DNA of 64,000 nucleotides from Antedon mediterranea. Taxonomy: Eukaryota > Animalia > Echinodermata. Positions 12,901 through 25,700 of this stretch are shown here, one piece after another (position 1 is the first letter of the stretch; each line of letters starts with the position of its first letter). Under the pieces are notes generated by a model, which had not been told where the DNA came from, searched no databases, and saw only the letters and a program-made list of their open reading frames with translations. The translations under genes were made by a program, and so were the position numbers. The stretch covers positions 21,004,795 to 21,068,794 of the forward strand of contig NC_092670.1 of NCBI RefSeq assembly GCF_964355755.1, written 5' to 3'.

Positions 12901-15900
12901 ACTGGTATGAATGTAGTGCGAGGAATGCGGGAAAGGACATCGTATAAGATATGAATGTAGTGCGAGGAATGCGGGAAAGGGCACCGTATAACTGGTATGA
13001 ATGTAGTGCGAGGAATGCGGGAAATGGCACCGTATAACTGGTATGAATGTAGTGCGAGGAATGCGGGAAATGGCATCGTATAAGATATGAATGTAGTGCG
13101 AGGAATGCGGGAAAGGGCACCGTATAACTGGTATGAATGTAGTGCGAGGAATGCGGGAAATGGCACCGTATAACTGGTATGAATGTAGTGCGAGGAATGC
13201 GGGAAAGGGCACCGTATAACTGGTATGAATGTAGTGCGAGGAATGCGGGAAAGGGCATCGTATAAGATATGAATGTAGTGCGAGGAATGCGGGAAAGGGC
13301 ACCGTATAACTGGTATGAATGTAGTGCGAGGAATGCGGGAAATGGCATCGTATAAGGTATGAATGTAGTGCGAGGAATGCGGGAAAGGGCATCGTATAAG
13401 ATATGAATGTAGTGCGAGAAATGCGGGAAAGGGCACCGTATAACTGGTATGAATGTAGTGCGAGGAATGCGGGAAATGGCACCGTATAACTGGTATGAAT
13501 GTAGTGCGAGGAATGCGGGAAAGGGCACCGTATAACTGGTATGAATGTAGTGCGAGGAATGCGGGAAAGGGCATCGTATAACTGGTATGAATGTAGTGCG
13601 AGGAATGCGGGAAAGGGCATCGTATAACTGGTATGAATGTAGTGCGAGGAATGCGGGAAAGGGCATCGTATAAGGTATGAATGTAGTGCGAAGAATGCGG
13701 GAAAGGGCACCGTATAACTGGTATGAATGTAGTGCGAGGATCGGAATGCGGGAAATGGCACCGTATAACTGGTATGAATGTAGTGCGAGGAATGCGGGAA
13801 ATGGCATCGTATAAGGTATGAATGTAGTGCGAGGAATGCGGGAAAGGGCATCGTATAAGATATGAATGTAGTGCGAGGAATGCGGGAAAGGGCACCGTAT
13901 AACTGGTATGAATGTAGTGCGAGGAATGCGGGAAATGGCACCGTATAACTGGTATGAATGTAGTGCGAGGAATGCGGGAAAGGGCACCGTATAACTGGTA
14001 TGAATGTAGTGCGAGGAATGCGGGAAAGGGCATCGTATAACTGGTATGAATGTAGTGCGAGGAATGCGGGAAAGGGCATCGTATAACTGGTATGAATGTA
14101 GTGCGAGGAATGCGGGAAAGGGCATCGTATAAGGTATGAATGTAGTGCGAAGAATGCGGGAAAGGGCACCGTATAACTGGTATGAATGTAGTGCGAGGAA
14201 TGCGGGAAATGGCACCGTATAACTGGTATGAATGTAGTGCGAGGAATGCGGGAAAGGGCATCGTATAAGGTATGAATGTAGTGCGAGGAATGCGGGAAAG
14301 GGCACCGTATAACTGGTATGAATGTAGTGCGAGGAATGCGGGAAATGGCACCGTATAACTGGTATGAATGTAGTGCGAGGAATGCGGGAAAGGGCACCGT
14401 ATAACTGGTATGAATGTAGTGCGAGGAATGCGGGAAATGGCACCGTATAACTGGTATGAATGTGGTGCGAGGAATGCGGGAAATGGCACCGTATAACTGG
14501 TATGAATGTAGTGCGAGGAATGCGGGAAAGGGCACCGTATAAGGTATGAATGTAGTGCGAGGAATGCGGGAAATGGCACCGTATAACTGGTATGAATGTA
14601 GTGCGAGGAATGCGGGAAAGGGCAACGTATAACTGGTATGAATGTAGTGCGAGGAATGCGGGAAAGGGCACCGTATAAGGTATGAATGTAGTGCGAGGAA
14701 TGCGGGAAATGGCACCGTATAACTGGTATGAATGTAGTGCGAGGAATGCGGGAAAGGGCACCGTATAAGGTATGAATGTAGTGCGAGGAATGCGGGAAAT
14801 GGCACCGTATAACTGGTATGAATGTAGTACGAGGAATGCGGGAAATGGCACCGTATAACTGGTATGAATGTAGTGCGAGGAATGCGGGAAAGGGCAACGT
14901 ATAACTGGTATGAATGTAGTGCGAGGAATGCGGGAAATGGCACCGTATAACTGGTATGAATGTAGTGCGAGGAATGCGGGAAAGGACATCGTATAAGGTA
15001 TGAATGTAGTGCGAGGAATGCGGGAAATGGCACCGTATAACTGGTATGAATGTAGTGCGAGGAATGCGGGAAATGGCACCGTATAACTGGTATGAATGTA
15101 GTGCGAGGAATGCGGGAAAGGGCACCGTATAACTGGTATGAATGTAGTGCGAGGAATGCGGGAAATGGCACCGTATAACTGGTATGAATGTAGTGCGAGG
15201 AATGCGGGAAAGGGCACCGTATAAGGTATGAATGTAGTGCGAGGAATGCGGGAAATGGCATCGTATAACTGGTATGAACGTAGTGCGAAGAATGCGGGAA
15301 ATGGCATCGTATAACTGGTATGAATGTAGTGCGAGGAATGCGGGAAAGGGCACCGTATAAGGTATGAATGTAGTGCGAGGAATGCGGGAAAGGGCATCGT
15401 ATAAGGTATGAATGTAGTGCGAGGAATGCGGGAAATGGCATCGTATAAGGTATGAATGTAGTGCGAGGAATGCGGGAAATGGCATCGTATAACTGGTATG
15501 AATGTAGTGCGAGGAATGCGGGAAAGGGCACCGTATAACTGGTATGAATGTAGTGCGAGGAATGCGGGAAAGGGCACCGTATAACTGGTATGAATGTAGT
15601 GCGAGGAATGCGGGAAAGGGCATCGTATAAGGTATGAATGTAGTGCGAGGAATGCGGGAAAGGGCACCGTATAACTGGTATGAATGTAGTGCGAGGAATG
15701 CGGGAAAGGGCATCGTATAACTGGTATAAATGTAGTGCGAGGAATGCGGGAAAGGGCATCGTATAACTGGTATGAATGTAGTGCGAGGAATGCGGGAAAG
15801 GGCACCGTATAAGGTATGAATGTAGTGCGAGGAATGCGGGAAAGGGCATCGTATAAGGTATGAATGTAGTGCGAGGAATGCGGGAAATGGCACCGTATAA

Positions 15901-18706
15901 CTGGTATGAATGTAGTGCGAGGAATGCGGGAAAGGGCATCGTATAACTGGTATGAATGTAGTGCGAGGAATGCGGGAAAGGGCACCGTATAAGGTATGAA
16001 TGTAGTGCGAGGAATGCGGGAAAGGGCATCGTATAAGGTATGAATGTAGTGCGAGGAATGCGGGAAAGGGCACCGTATAACTGGTATGAATGTAGTGCGA
16101 GGAATGCGGGAAAGGACATCGTATAAGGTATGAATGTAGTGCGAGGAATGCGGGAAATGGCACCGTATAACTGGTATGAATGTAGTGCGAGGAATGCGGG
16201 AAAGGGCATCGTATAACTGGTATGAATGTAGTGCGATGAATGCAGGAAAGGGCACCGTATAACTGGTATGAATGTAGTGCGAGGAATGCGGGAAAGGGCA
16301 CCGTATAAGGTATGAATGTAGTGCGAGGAATGCGGGAAAGGGCATCGTATAACTGGTATGAATGTAGTGCGAGGAATGCGGGAAATGGCACCGTATAACT
16401 GGTATGAATGTAGTGCGAGGAATGCGGGAAAGGGCACCGTATAAGGTATGAATGTAGTGCGAGGAATGCGGGAAATGGCACCGTATAACTGGTATGAATG
16501 TAGTGCGAGGAATGCGGGAAAGGGCATCGTATAACTGGTATGAATGTAGTGCGAGGAATGCGGGAAATGGCACCGTATAACTGGTATGAATGTAGTGCGA
16601 GGAATGCGGGAAATGGCACCGTATAACTGGTATGAATGTAGTGCGAGGAATGCGGGAAAGGACATCGTATAAGGTATGAATGTAGTGCGAGGAATGCGGG
16701 AAATGGCACCGTATAACTGGTATGAATGTAGTGCGAGGAATGCGGGAAGTGCATCGTATAAGGTATGAATGTAGTGCGAGGAATGCGGGAAAGGGCATCG
16801 TATAACTGGTATGAATGTAGTGCGAGGAATGCGGGAAATGGCACCGTATAACTGGTATGAATGTAGTGCGAGGAATGCGGGAAAGGGCACCGTATAAGGT
16901 ATGAATGTAGTGCGAGGAATGCGGGAAATGGCACCGTATAACTGGTATGAATGTAGTGCGAGGAATGCGGGAAAGGGCATCGTATAACTGGTATGAATGT
17001 AGTGCGAGGAATGCGGGAAATGGCACCGTATAACTGGTATGAATGTAGTGCGAGGAATGCGGGAAAGGACATCGTATAAGGTATGAATGTAGTGCGAGGA
17101 ATGCGGGAAATGGCACCGTATAACTGGTATGAATGTAGTGCGAGGAATGCGGGAAAGGGCACCGTATAACTGGTATGAATGTAGTGCGAGGAATGCGGGA
17201 AAGGGCATCGTATAAGGTATGAATGTAGTGCGAGGAATGCGGGAAAGGGCACCGTATAACTGGTATGAATGTAGTGCGAGGAATGCGGGAAAGGGCACCG
17301 TATAACTGGTATGAATGTAGTGCGAGGAATGCGGGAAAGGGCATCGTATAAGGTATGAATGTAGTGCGAGGAATGCGGGAAAGGGCACCGTATAACTGGT
17401 ATGAATGTAGTGCGAGGAATGCGGGAAAGGGCATCGTATAAGGTATGAATGTAGTGCGAGGAATGCGGGAAAGGGCACCGTATAAGGTATGAATGTAGTG
17501 CGAGGAATGCGGGAAATGGCATCGTATAACTGGTATGAATGTAGTGCGAGGAATGCGGGAAAGGGCATCGTATAACTGGTATAAATGTAGTGCGAGGAAT
17601 GCGGGAAAGGGCATCGTATAACTGGTATGAATGTAGTGCGAGGAATGCGGGAAAGGGCACCGTATAAGGTATGAATGTAGTGCGAGGAATGCGGGAAAGG
17701 GCATCGTATAAGGTATGAATGTACGTGCGATGAATGCGGGAAAGGGCACCGTATAACTGGTATGAATGTAGTGCGATGAATGCGGGAAATGGCACCGTAT
17801 AACTGGTATGAATGTAGTGCGAGGAATGCGGGAAATGGCACCGTATAACTGGTATGAATGTAGAGCGAGGAATGCGGGAAAGGGCATCGTATAACTGGTA
17901 TGAATGTAGTGCGAGGAATGCGGGAAATGGCACCGTATAACTGGTATGAATGTAGTGCGAGGAATGCGGGAAAGGACATCGTATAAGGTATGAATGTAGT
18001 GCGAGGAATGCGGGAAATGGCACCGTATAACTGGTATGAATGTAGTGCGAGGAATGCGGGAAAGGGCATCGTATAACTGGTATGAATGTAGTGCGATGAA
18101 TGCGGGAAAGGGCACCGTATAAGGTATGAATGTAGTGCGAGGAATGCGGGAAAGGGCACCGTATAAGGTATGAATGTAGTGCGAGGAATGCGGGAAAGGG
18201 CATCGTATAACTGGTATGAATGTAGTGCGAGGAATGCGGGAAAGGGCACCGTATAAGGTATGAATGTAGTGCGAGGAATGCGGGAAAGGGCATCGTATAA
18301 CTGGTATGAATGTAGTGCGAGGAATTCGGGAAAGGGCATCGTATAAGGTACGAATGTAGTGCAATGAATGCGGGAAAGGGCATCGTATAACTGGTATGAA
18401 TGTAGTGCGAGGAATGCGGGAAAGGGCATCGTATAAGGTACGAATATAGTGCGAGGAATGCGAGAAAGGGCACCGTATAACTGGTATGAATGTAGTGCGA
18501 GGAATGCGGGAAAGGGCACCGTATAACTGGTATGAATGTAGTGCGAGGAATGCGGGAAAGGGCATCGTATAACTGGTATGAATGTAGTGCGAGGAATGCG
18601 GGAAATGGCGTCGTATAACTGGTATAAATGTAGTGCGAGGAATGCGGGAAATGGCACCGTATAACTGGTATGAATGTAGTGCGAGGAATGCGGGAAAGGG
18701 CACCGT
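9912..18706. repeat. Tandem satellite array, 44/46-bp unit, about 195 copies
   Basis: Unit GGTATGAATGTAGTGCGAGGAATGCGGGAAA(G/T)GGCA(C/T)CGTATAA(CT), very homogeneous, with interspersed variants. Confidence 0.98.
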
Positions 18707-19149
18707 CAGTACTAAGGACGGCCAAGGTAGACAACAACAAATCAATGGTGATTTGGTAACACTGTACATTGTTGCTTTAATTCTGATTTTGGAGAAAAAT
18801 TGTCCGACGGACAGTTAGTGGCCAAATGTGAAAGAAATGAGTCATGACAACGTAATATTTTATCTTAAAATTAACACAAAAGTAAGAGTGATAGAAAAAC
18901 AGGAAATAATGAAAAATGCTGAAATGACAATATTATACTTATTATATAACAATCAAACGAAGATGGTAGTAAATTACAAAGAGAGAAAATTACCTCATGA
19001 CGCCAGTAAGCTGGAAACAAAACTTGTATATTCGTACTTTATTAAAGAAAAATGTAGGCATATTCCTCCGCACATGTAATGGGCAAATGGAATATGGCCT
19101 TTAACACTCAAAATATAGGCCTAGGCCTAAATTGGAGTGACGTTTGGAT

Positions 19150-19560
19150 AAAAAAGTGAAAAATGAAAAAAAAAAACTAATATGCACAACTAAATTACAA
19201 GTTGTTGAACAAAATTGTTCTTACTAATCAACAGTTGAATGTGAAAATGAATAATAAATGTGACTTATGTGGGGTAATTGAAGACGAAAAACACGTGTTT
19301 TTTTAATGCATACGAAATAACACTTGGAAAAATATAGATAACATTTTTAAAAATATTGACAATGGCAGAAGCTCTTTTAAAGAACTTCTTTTAGGGTCTG
19401 ATTGTGCATACAAAAATGACTTGTATTCAATTGCTATCTTCTCAATATAAAACACAAGATTTTAACTGAATTACTGTAAAAACTCTTGGATTCTATTTAA
19501 GTCTATTGTTAAGGATCTGAATAAACTAACGCTCATATAATGTTAAAGGAGTTATTAATT
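19150..19560 (+). mobile_element. Decayed L1/Tx1-like LINE C-terminal zinc-finger fragment
   Basis: LNYKLLNKIVLTN...KCDLCGVIEDEKHVFF.C resembles zf-RVT; frameshifted. Confidence 0.6.
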
Positions 19561-20499
19561 ACGGTAATGTTTATGAATATTAACTGCATCTTGTATGATG
19601 TATTTTTTTTAAACGTTTGTTTTATATCTTTGTATATAATGTCTATGAGATGTATATAAATGGGTATAAATTAACAGTATATGAAACAATACGATATATA
19701 TATATATGGAAACAATGTGAAAAACTTGAATTTACAAAAATTACTGATACATTTTGGGGGGGGGGGGGTGAGCAGAATAATACAAAGAAAAATGTAAGAT
19801 ATTAACGGAAAACAATATAATTAAAGAAAGAACATATGAAGACAGATATTACTGATTTATTTGTAATGTATTTAATTATGATATGAAAGAATAAAGGTGG
19901 TGGTTCACGCCATAAAAGAGAGAAAAAAATAGAGGAGAAAAAAAAGAGAAAAAGTGCCAAATGTTATACAAACAAAATATTATCGTCTGATATTGAGTGT
20001 GACGTTAAACCATTGTTTGGTATTAATACAAAAACCGTTAGATAATTGGACAATACTAATTAGGAACAGGTGATAAACGCACCAATCACAACGCAGCCTT
20101 AGGCAAACTATACATAATTACGATTGTTAAAATTCTAATAATTACCATGGGTATTCGGAAAGTCAGTCATCAGAGGCCTTCTATCATAGGCTTCAGGTAA
20201 CATCATTTGGAGCACAAATAGAGCTGATTTAACGTTGCATCAACAGAGTTGATCGTGTTTGTGCGTGTAATTTAATTGCGAAAAGAGAACATTTCACACT
20301 GTAAGCGCTCAGTGATTTGTGTTTACACTGGTTTTGATGCACGCAACATGTGTAATATAGGCCTAAAATAGCATAGAATATAACATTTCTAACAGGGATT
20401 GAAACATACTGGGGTAGAGAAACCAATATATTTTTTTTTTAAATCTGTTTGTACAACATTGAGGTAAACTCTACAACTCCAAACCAATTATTTTATGGA

Positions 20500-21741
20500 A
20501 TGGAGGAATCAAGTAACACGTCATCAACACCAGACGATATGAAAACACTGCTGATTCAAATCTGTACTTCAATGTTTATCATTCTTCTTGTTATTGCCAC
20601 TTTCATTGGTAATTTATTAACGGTTATCGTATTGGTGAGGAATAGGTCATTACGTATCAACCCGTACAGCAACCTTCATATCTTAAGTCTTGCGATTGCC
20701 GATATCGGAGTTAGTCTTATAGCATTGCCTTCAACGCTTTCTGTCTATTTAACCGGCTACTGGCCTTTTGGTAAAGCTCTATGTATGGTTAAATCAATCA
20801 TTGTAAGTACGCTTTTTCTAGTGACTATATTCACGTTGGTGTTTATAAGCTTCGATCGTTACCTTCTTCTGAGCAAAAAATACCCGACTTATCTAAAATG
20901 GCAGAGTAACAAAGTAATTCAAATGCAGGTAGTACTTGTTTGGTGTATACCGTCTCTGTTGTGGACTTTAAACGTGTTCTTGTATTCATACGAAGCGAAT
21001 CTAGATCCGACTAGCGATATTTTTTGTACATTTCACTTATATCCTTCTCAAACACTGAAAATTCTCAACCTAGTAATTTTATTATGCTTGCCACTACTAC
21101 TTCTACTATTCTTCAGTGGCCAAACGCTTGTTTTGATCGTTCGTCGCAAACGTCGTCAAAGACGATGTACGGTCTTACCACAAACTCAAACCCCTCAAAT
21201 TATTCGGACGATATTTGAAGAATGTGAATCACCGACTACTGCAACAGAAAAAACGCGGGAAGAGAAAGCAAATGGTAAAACACTTGCAATAAAGCAATCG
21301 AATAATGGAAGCATGCCCAAAGAAAATGGTGAAAAACATAAAAATGACGACATTCAAGATGGTATTAAAAAGACTAGCCAAGTTGTTCCTCCGGCCAAGA
21401 GGTTTTTGCCACCAAAGCGGAAACTGACCAGACAGCGAACTATCTCACTTCTCGTTGCTTCTACGCGAGAGTATCTCCGTCCCGCTATTTTACTTGGAGC
21501 GCTTGTATTTGCGTTTATCATTTGTTTCTTACCGCTAAGCATTTTGGGGACGATTAGAGATTTTGATTCGGATACAAGCTGGATGGGTATCCACTTGGTT
21601 GCGTATCTTGACGCACTCCTCAACCCATTGTTATATGCTGCTACAAATACCAAAATCAGGGCCGAAATGTGTAAGATTGTTCGAAGAACATGGTCAACTT
21701 GTACACGTAAAGAACAGCGTTCGACTCTACTTTCTGTGTAG
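20500..21741 (+). CDS. Intronless class A GPCR, paralog of 1738-2817, about 413 aa
   Basis: First in-frame ATG at 20500 (the ORF track starts at a TTG, 20449). Motifs GN, SLAIAD, WPFG..C, SFDRY, CFLP and NPLLY; long ICL3. Shares LRxNPxSNxHIxSLA, CMxKSII and DRYLLxxKxYPxYLxxQ with the other receptor. Confidence 0.92.
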   Translation: MEESSNTSSTPDDMKTLLIQICTSMFIILLVIATFIGNLLTVIVLVRNRSLRINPYSNLHILSLAIADIGVSLIALPSTLSVYLTGYWPFGKALCMVKSIIVSTLFLVTIFTLVFISFDRYLLLSKKYPTYLKWQSNKVIQMQVVLVWCIPSLLWTLNVFLYSYEANLDPTSDIFCTFHLYPSQTLKILNLVILLCLPLLLLLFFSGQTLVLIVRRKRRQRRCTVLPQTQTPQIIRTIFEECESPTTATEKTREEKANGKTLAIKQSNNGSMPKENGEKHKNDDIQDGIKKTSQVVPPAKRFLPPKRKLTRQRTISLLVASTREYLRPAILLGALVFAFIICFLPLSILGTIRDFDSDTSWMGIHLVAYLDALLNPLLYAATNTKIRAEMCKIVRRTWSTCTRKEQRSTLLSV

Positions 21742-22507
21742 TTTTAGATAAACAGTGAACAACACATTATATATTTTGTTGTTTCGTAGTACTGTAATAA
21801 TTTTGTTCCTGATACATTACTTTTACAAATAATGTATAGGCCTACGTCGGTTAATTTGTATCAACATTGTTTTTATAAGTGTGATTTTTAATCTAAAAAA
21901 CATCAAATATGACTGTGTAACAGGGGTAACAGTGTCTCGCTTAGGTCGGATCCTGTAAGAGAGGGTTAGAAAGAAAGATTATGTAGTTGTGTGTAGAAAA
22001 AAGCAACGAACAAACAAATAAATAAATACAGGCTTAAATCATTCCCCATTTAATATAATTGGTAAATAGTGATTACATTATCAAGTTATTAATATTTATT
22101 TTTTAAAATACTGACAAATTAGCCATTAATTAAAATGCATAACCAAAGTGAAATTAATTTCTTCTGAAATTCTTCCCTGATTAACACATTACGTCAGAAA
22201 GACATTTAATGAACCTAAACGAATTTGTTCTTAAATTGTCCAATTTGGTCCAAAAAGATTGCACACATACAGCATAGACGCGTTACCTTTGAGCGCAACT
22301 ACATAAATATTATTATAATCTTCAATAATTTGTACAAAATGTTCAATCATCTAAATTATTCAATCAACTTAATTTAGGATACGGTCTGTTTATATTCGTA
22401 TGATACAAGGACAGCATTAGATATATATAGAGGTAGGGGCGTTAGTTCCTCATACCACATTTAGTATGCATCATCGACGACGTATATGTGTATGTGTATA
22501 GACGTTA

Positions 22508-22651
22508 AGCTCTGTCTACACTATCAAATTAGTTCGACAAAAAAAGTGTGATGTGCCCAAATATATATGGTTAGTGATATGACATCATCGTGTTAATATA
22601 TGGATAAATCAAATTTTTTGAAACATAAAGTTTGATAGTGTAGATAGAGCA
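22508..22651. mobile_element. MITE family A copy between the convergent GPCR and PGAP1 3' ends
   Basis: Both TIRs present, TTA duplicated on both sides. Confidence 0.88.
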
Positions 22652-22777
22652 TTAGTCTCCAATGTTCTACGTCACGCATACTCCATGATGCCCTATTTAC
22701 AATGACTGAAACTTACAGCAAACAATATAAACATGCCTCTTGCATCAAATCGCCTTATTATACCGTAACTTAACACA

Positions 22778-25700
22778 CTACATCTGCATCACGGCTGCTA
22801 TAACAAAAGTTACAGACACAAAATAGGATAAACGGTACACAGACTCGATCGTGTACAACACCATAGCTATGGTGAAGATATATGTGAGACGAGAAGTAAA
22901 CTTTGCGAGATTCCTGTTAACAAAATTAGAAAAGAAAAAAGAGTAGATCTTTAGAAAAAGTATAGTAAAACACGTACGCCCTAACATTTTGAGTCTGTAG
23001 TGAAGTGTAAATAGTCAACCATGTATTTGTCTATAGTGTTTTCATTGATTATAAGTCAATTGTATCTTTTTATTTATTTACTTTATTCCGTAGTTTGAGT
23101 GTAAATAGTCATCCGTTTATTTGTCTTATTGGTTTTTTTTATATATAAGCACATTGTATTATTGATTCCTTTAAAAATTAAAGTTCGAATGACTAAATTC
23201 AGTTTAGGGTTAAAGGAGTGTTTAAATTGATGTTTGTTTCCCGAGAAATTATAATCGTAAAACTATTTCAATAAACGTAAACAGATTACTGAAATATAGA
23301 AACCAGTATATGAGTGTATTTGCATTTACTCTAACATATTTCTATTCATTTATAACAACTAACTAACATACTGTGAACAGCAAAATAGACTGACGGAAAT
23401 GGGTTGATCAATATGCAGATGGCAGATACACATGTAATAGCATGGTGGTTGTTGTCGTGTAAGATGCACATTACTGAACAGAGTGGTGATGCTGTACGTA
23501 CGGGGCGGCGCACATAATTGGAGCTATAAGTACATAGGGCGCATATGATAAATAAATGGTGGTGATATGTACGTACGTACAGGGCGCATACAATAAATCA
23601 TTGTGGCGATATGTACGTACGGGGCACATACAATAAATTGTGGCGATATGTACGTACGGGGCACATACAATAAATTGTAGCGATATGTACGTACGGGGCA
23701 CATATTATGATACATAATTGTGGCGATATGTACGTACGGGGCACATATTATGATACATTATTGTGGTGATATGTTCGTACGGAGCGCATATGATAAATAA
23801 TTGTAGTGATATATGTACGTACGGGGGAAATACAATAAATGATACCGTAATGTACGGCAATGTAAAACATATCGATAAAGTACGGGGCTAATGTAAAAAA
23901 TAATAGGTGATATGGTGATGATACTGTGCGTCCGACATGACGCATAAACACAAACAACTTGAATAAGAAGATCTGTTTAGCTCAAAACATGTTGAGATTG
24001 AAGTGCACACAAAGATGGTGGCGAATTAGGTCATAAGAATGTGGCAATGGACGACAATAGTTATGAACGTTGGCCCTATGGTCAAAATGGAATCAACCTA
24101 CAGCAAACACAATGCTTCCCCCTCCCCCTCCCCTCCCCTATCATAAATATGTGATAGTATATAGACGGAATCTTCCACAGGAGTTATTCAGTTAACCAAC
24201 CAGAATAACCAACTCTATATTATAACAACCCTCTTTATAATTCGTAAAATAAGTGTATACGTACATATTAGATGGCAGTGATTTACTTGGATCAAGAAGA
24301 ATAGCCAAAGATGAGCATACAGCAAGTGACGAATACCTTGCTGGGTCACTTGGTAACGAATAAGAATACCTAAAAACAAAATGAATCAATCTTATTTTAA
24401 AATAGGAAACTTAAACGCAAAGTAATAGGCAAATATGAGCATACAGCAAGTGACGTATACCTTACTGGGTCACTTGCTAACGAATAAGGATACCTAATAA
24501 AACAAAATTAGTAAACGCAATGTAAAAACACCGAAACGCGTCAACGCTTGGACAAAACAAAAATGTTACGGGTCAGCTAGTCTGGGTTCCGGGTGACCTA
24601 GTCTGGGTTCCAGACGGAGTTTTGACTTAATATTAGTTAAAAGATAAATATTTTTGCACACATGGCGTTTCATACGTGTACTACATGAGCTTGTGACAAA
24701 CATCGAAATAACTAAAGACTTGGCGAAAGTCTATGGGCCTGCTTAAACATTTCTCTTGAAAATCGTAAAGTTGTTTTTGATATGCGCCTTGAGCACTCTG
24801 GAGTGGTATGTGCGCTATAAAAATCTTATTATTATTATTATTATTATATGGTACTTTTATACAACTCTTTCAATTCTGTTTATGATTGTCCTCTTGTTTC
24901 TTTGTTTAAGTTGAATATATATACGAACTCGTACACATTTAATAGTGTGCTTGTTACTTGTTTGGATATTGATTTATTTTTTGATAGTTTAAATGTATTT
25001 AAGTGTAAAATTGTTAAATCTCTATAATGTTCCGATCTTTGTTTATGTTATTGTTGCATTTTTTTATGTATTTACATTATAGTTTATTATGTTTAGATTC
25101 AACATGTTAGTGGCGGTTTCATCGCTGAATAAAATAAAAATGAAATAAAATAAACGGCGTTTTAAAACGAAATTTACGAAATGCAATCGCAATTAGGTTA
25201 CAAACGGTATTGCGTATTCGTCACTAGTAGTTTCACAAATTTAGTGTTAACATTATTCGACTGTTTAATACCCCATTAGAACACGCGTAACTTTATTTTA
25301 TACTTTATGTGGAAAAAAATGTGATGTGCCCATATATGGACATGATGATGTCATATCACTACCATATTTGGACATATCACTACCATACTTGGGCACATCA
25401 CGTTTTTTTTTGTCAAACTAGTTTCATAGTGTAGACAGAGCTTTAGAAAGCCTAATATATTACGTTGTTTCTAATATATTGGGCACATTGAGGCTTAGTT
25501 ACGATATTTACCCTGAAGTTGGTTACATGGCTCAACATCACCAACTTACACGGGTAAATAACTATGCCTGAAGTCGGCCCATAGATATAATTTCTGTAAT
25601 ATATATATTGGGCATTGTCAAGATTTATAACGGCCATTTTGAAATACCAACGTCACTACTAATAACAATATAACGTCAATGATTTCTATGTTAGCTATTT

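Noticed and set aside
9912-18706. CRISPR array
   Set aside because: No unique spacers, no cas genes, eukaryotic context.
9803-18769. Three ~2900-aa ORFs as genuine giant proteins
   Set aside because: They coincide with the satellite, all three frames are open, and unit lengths of 44 and 46 bp do not preserve frame.
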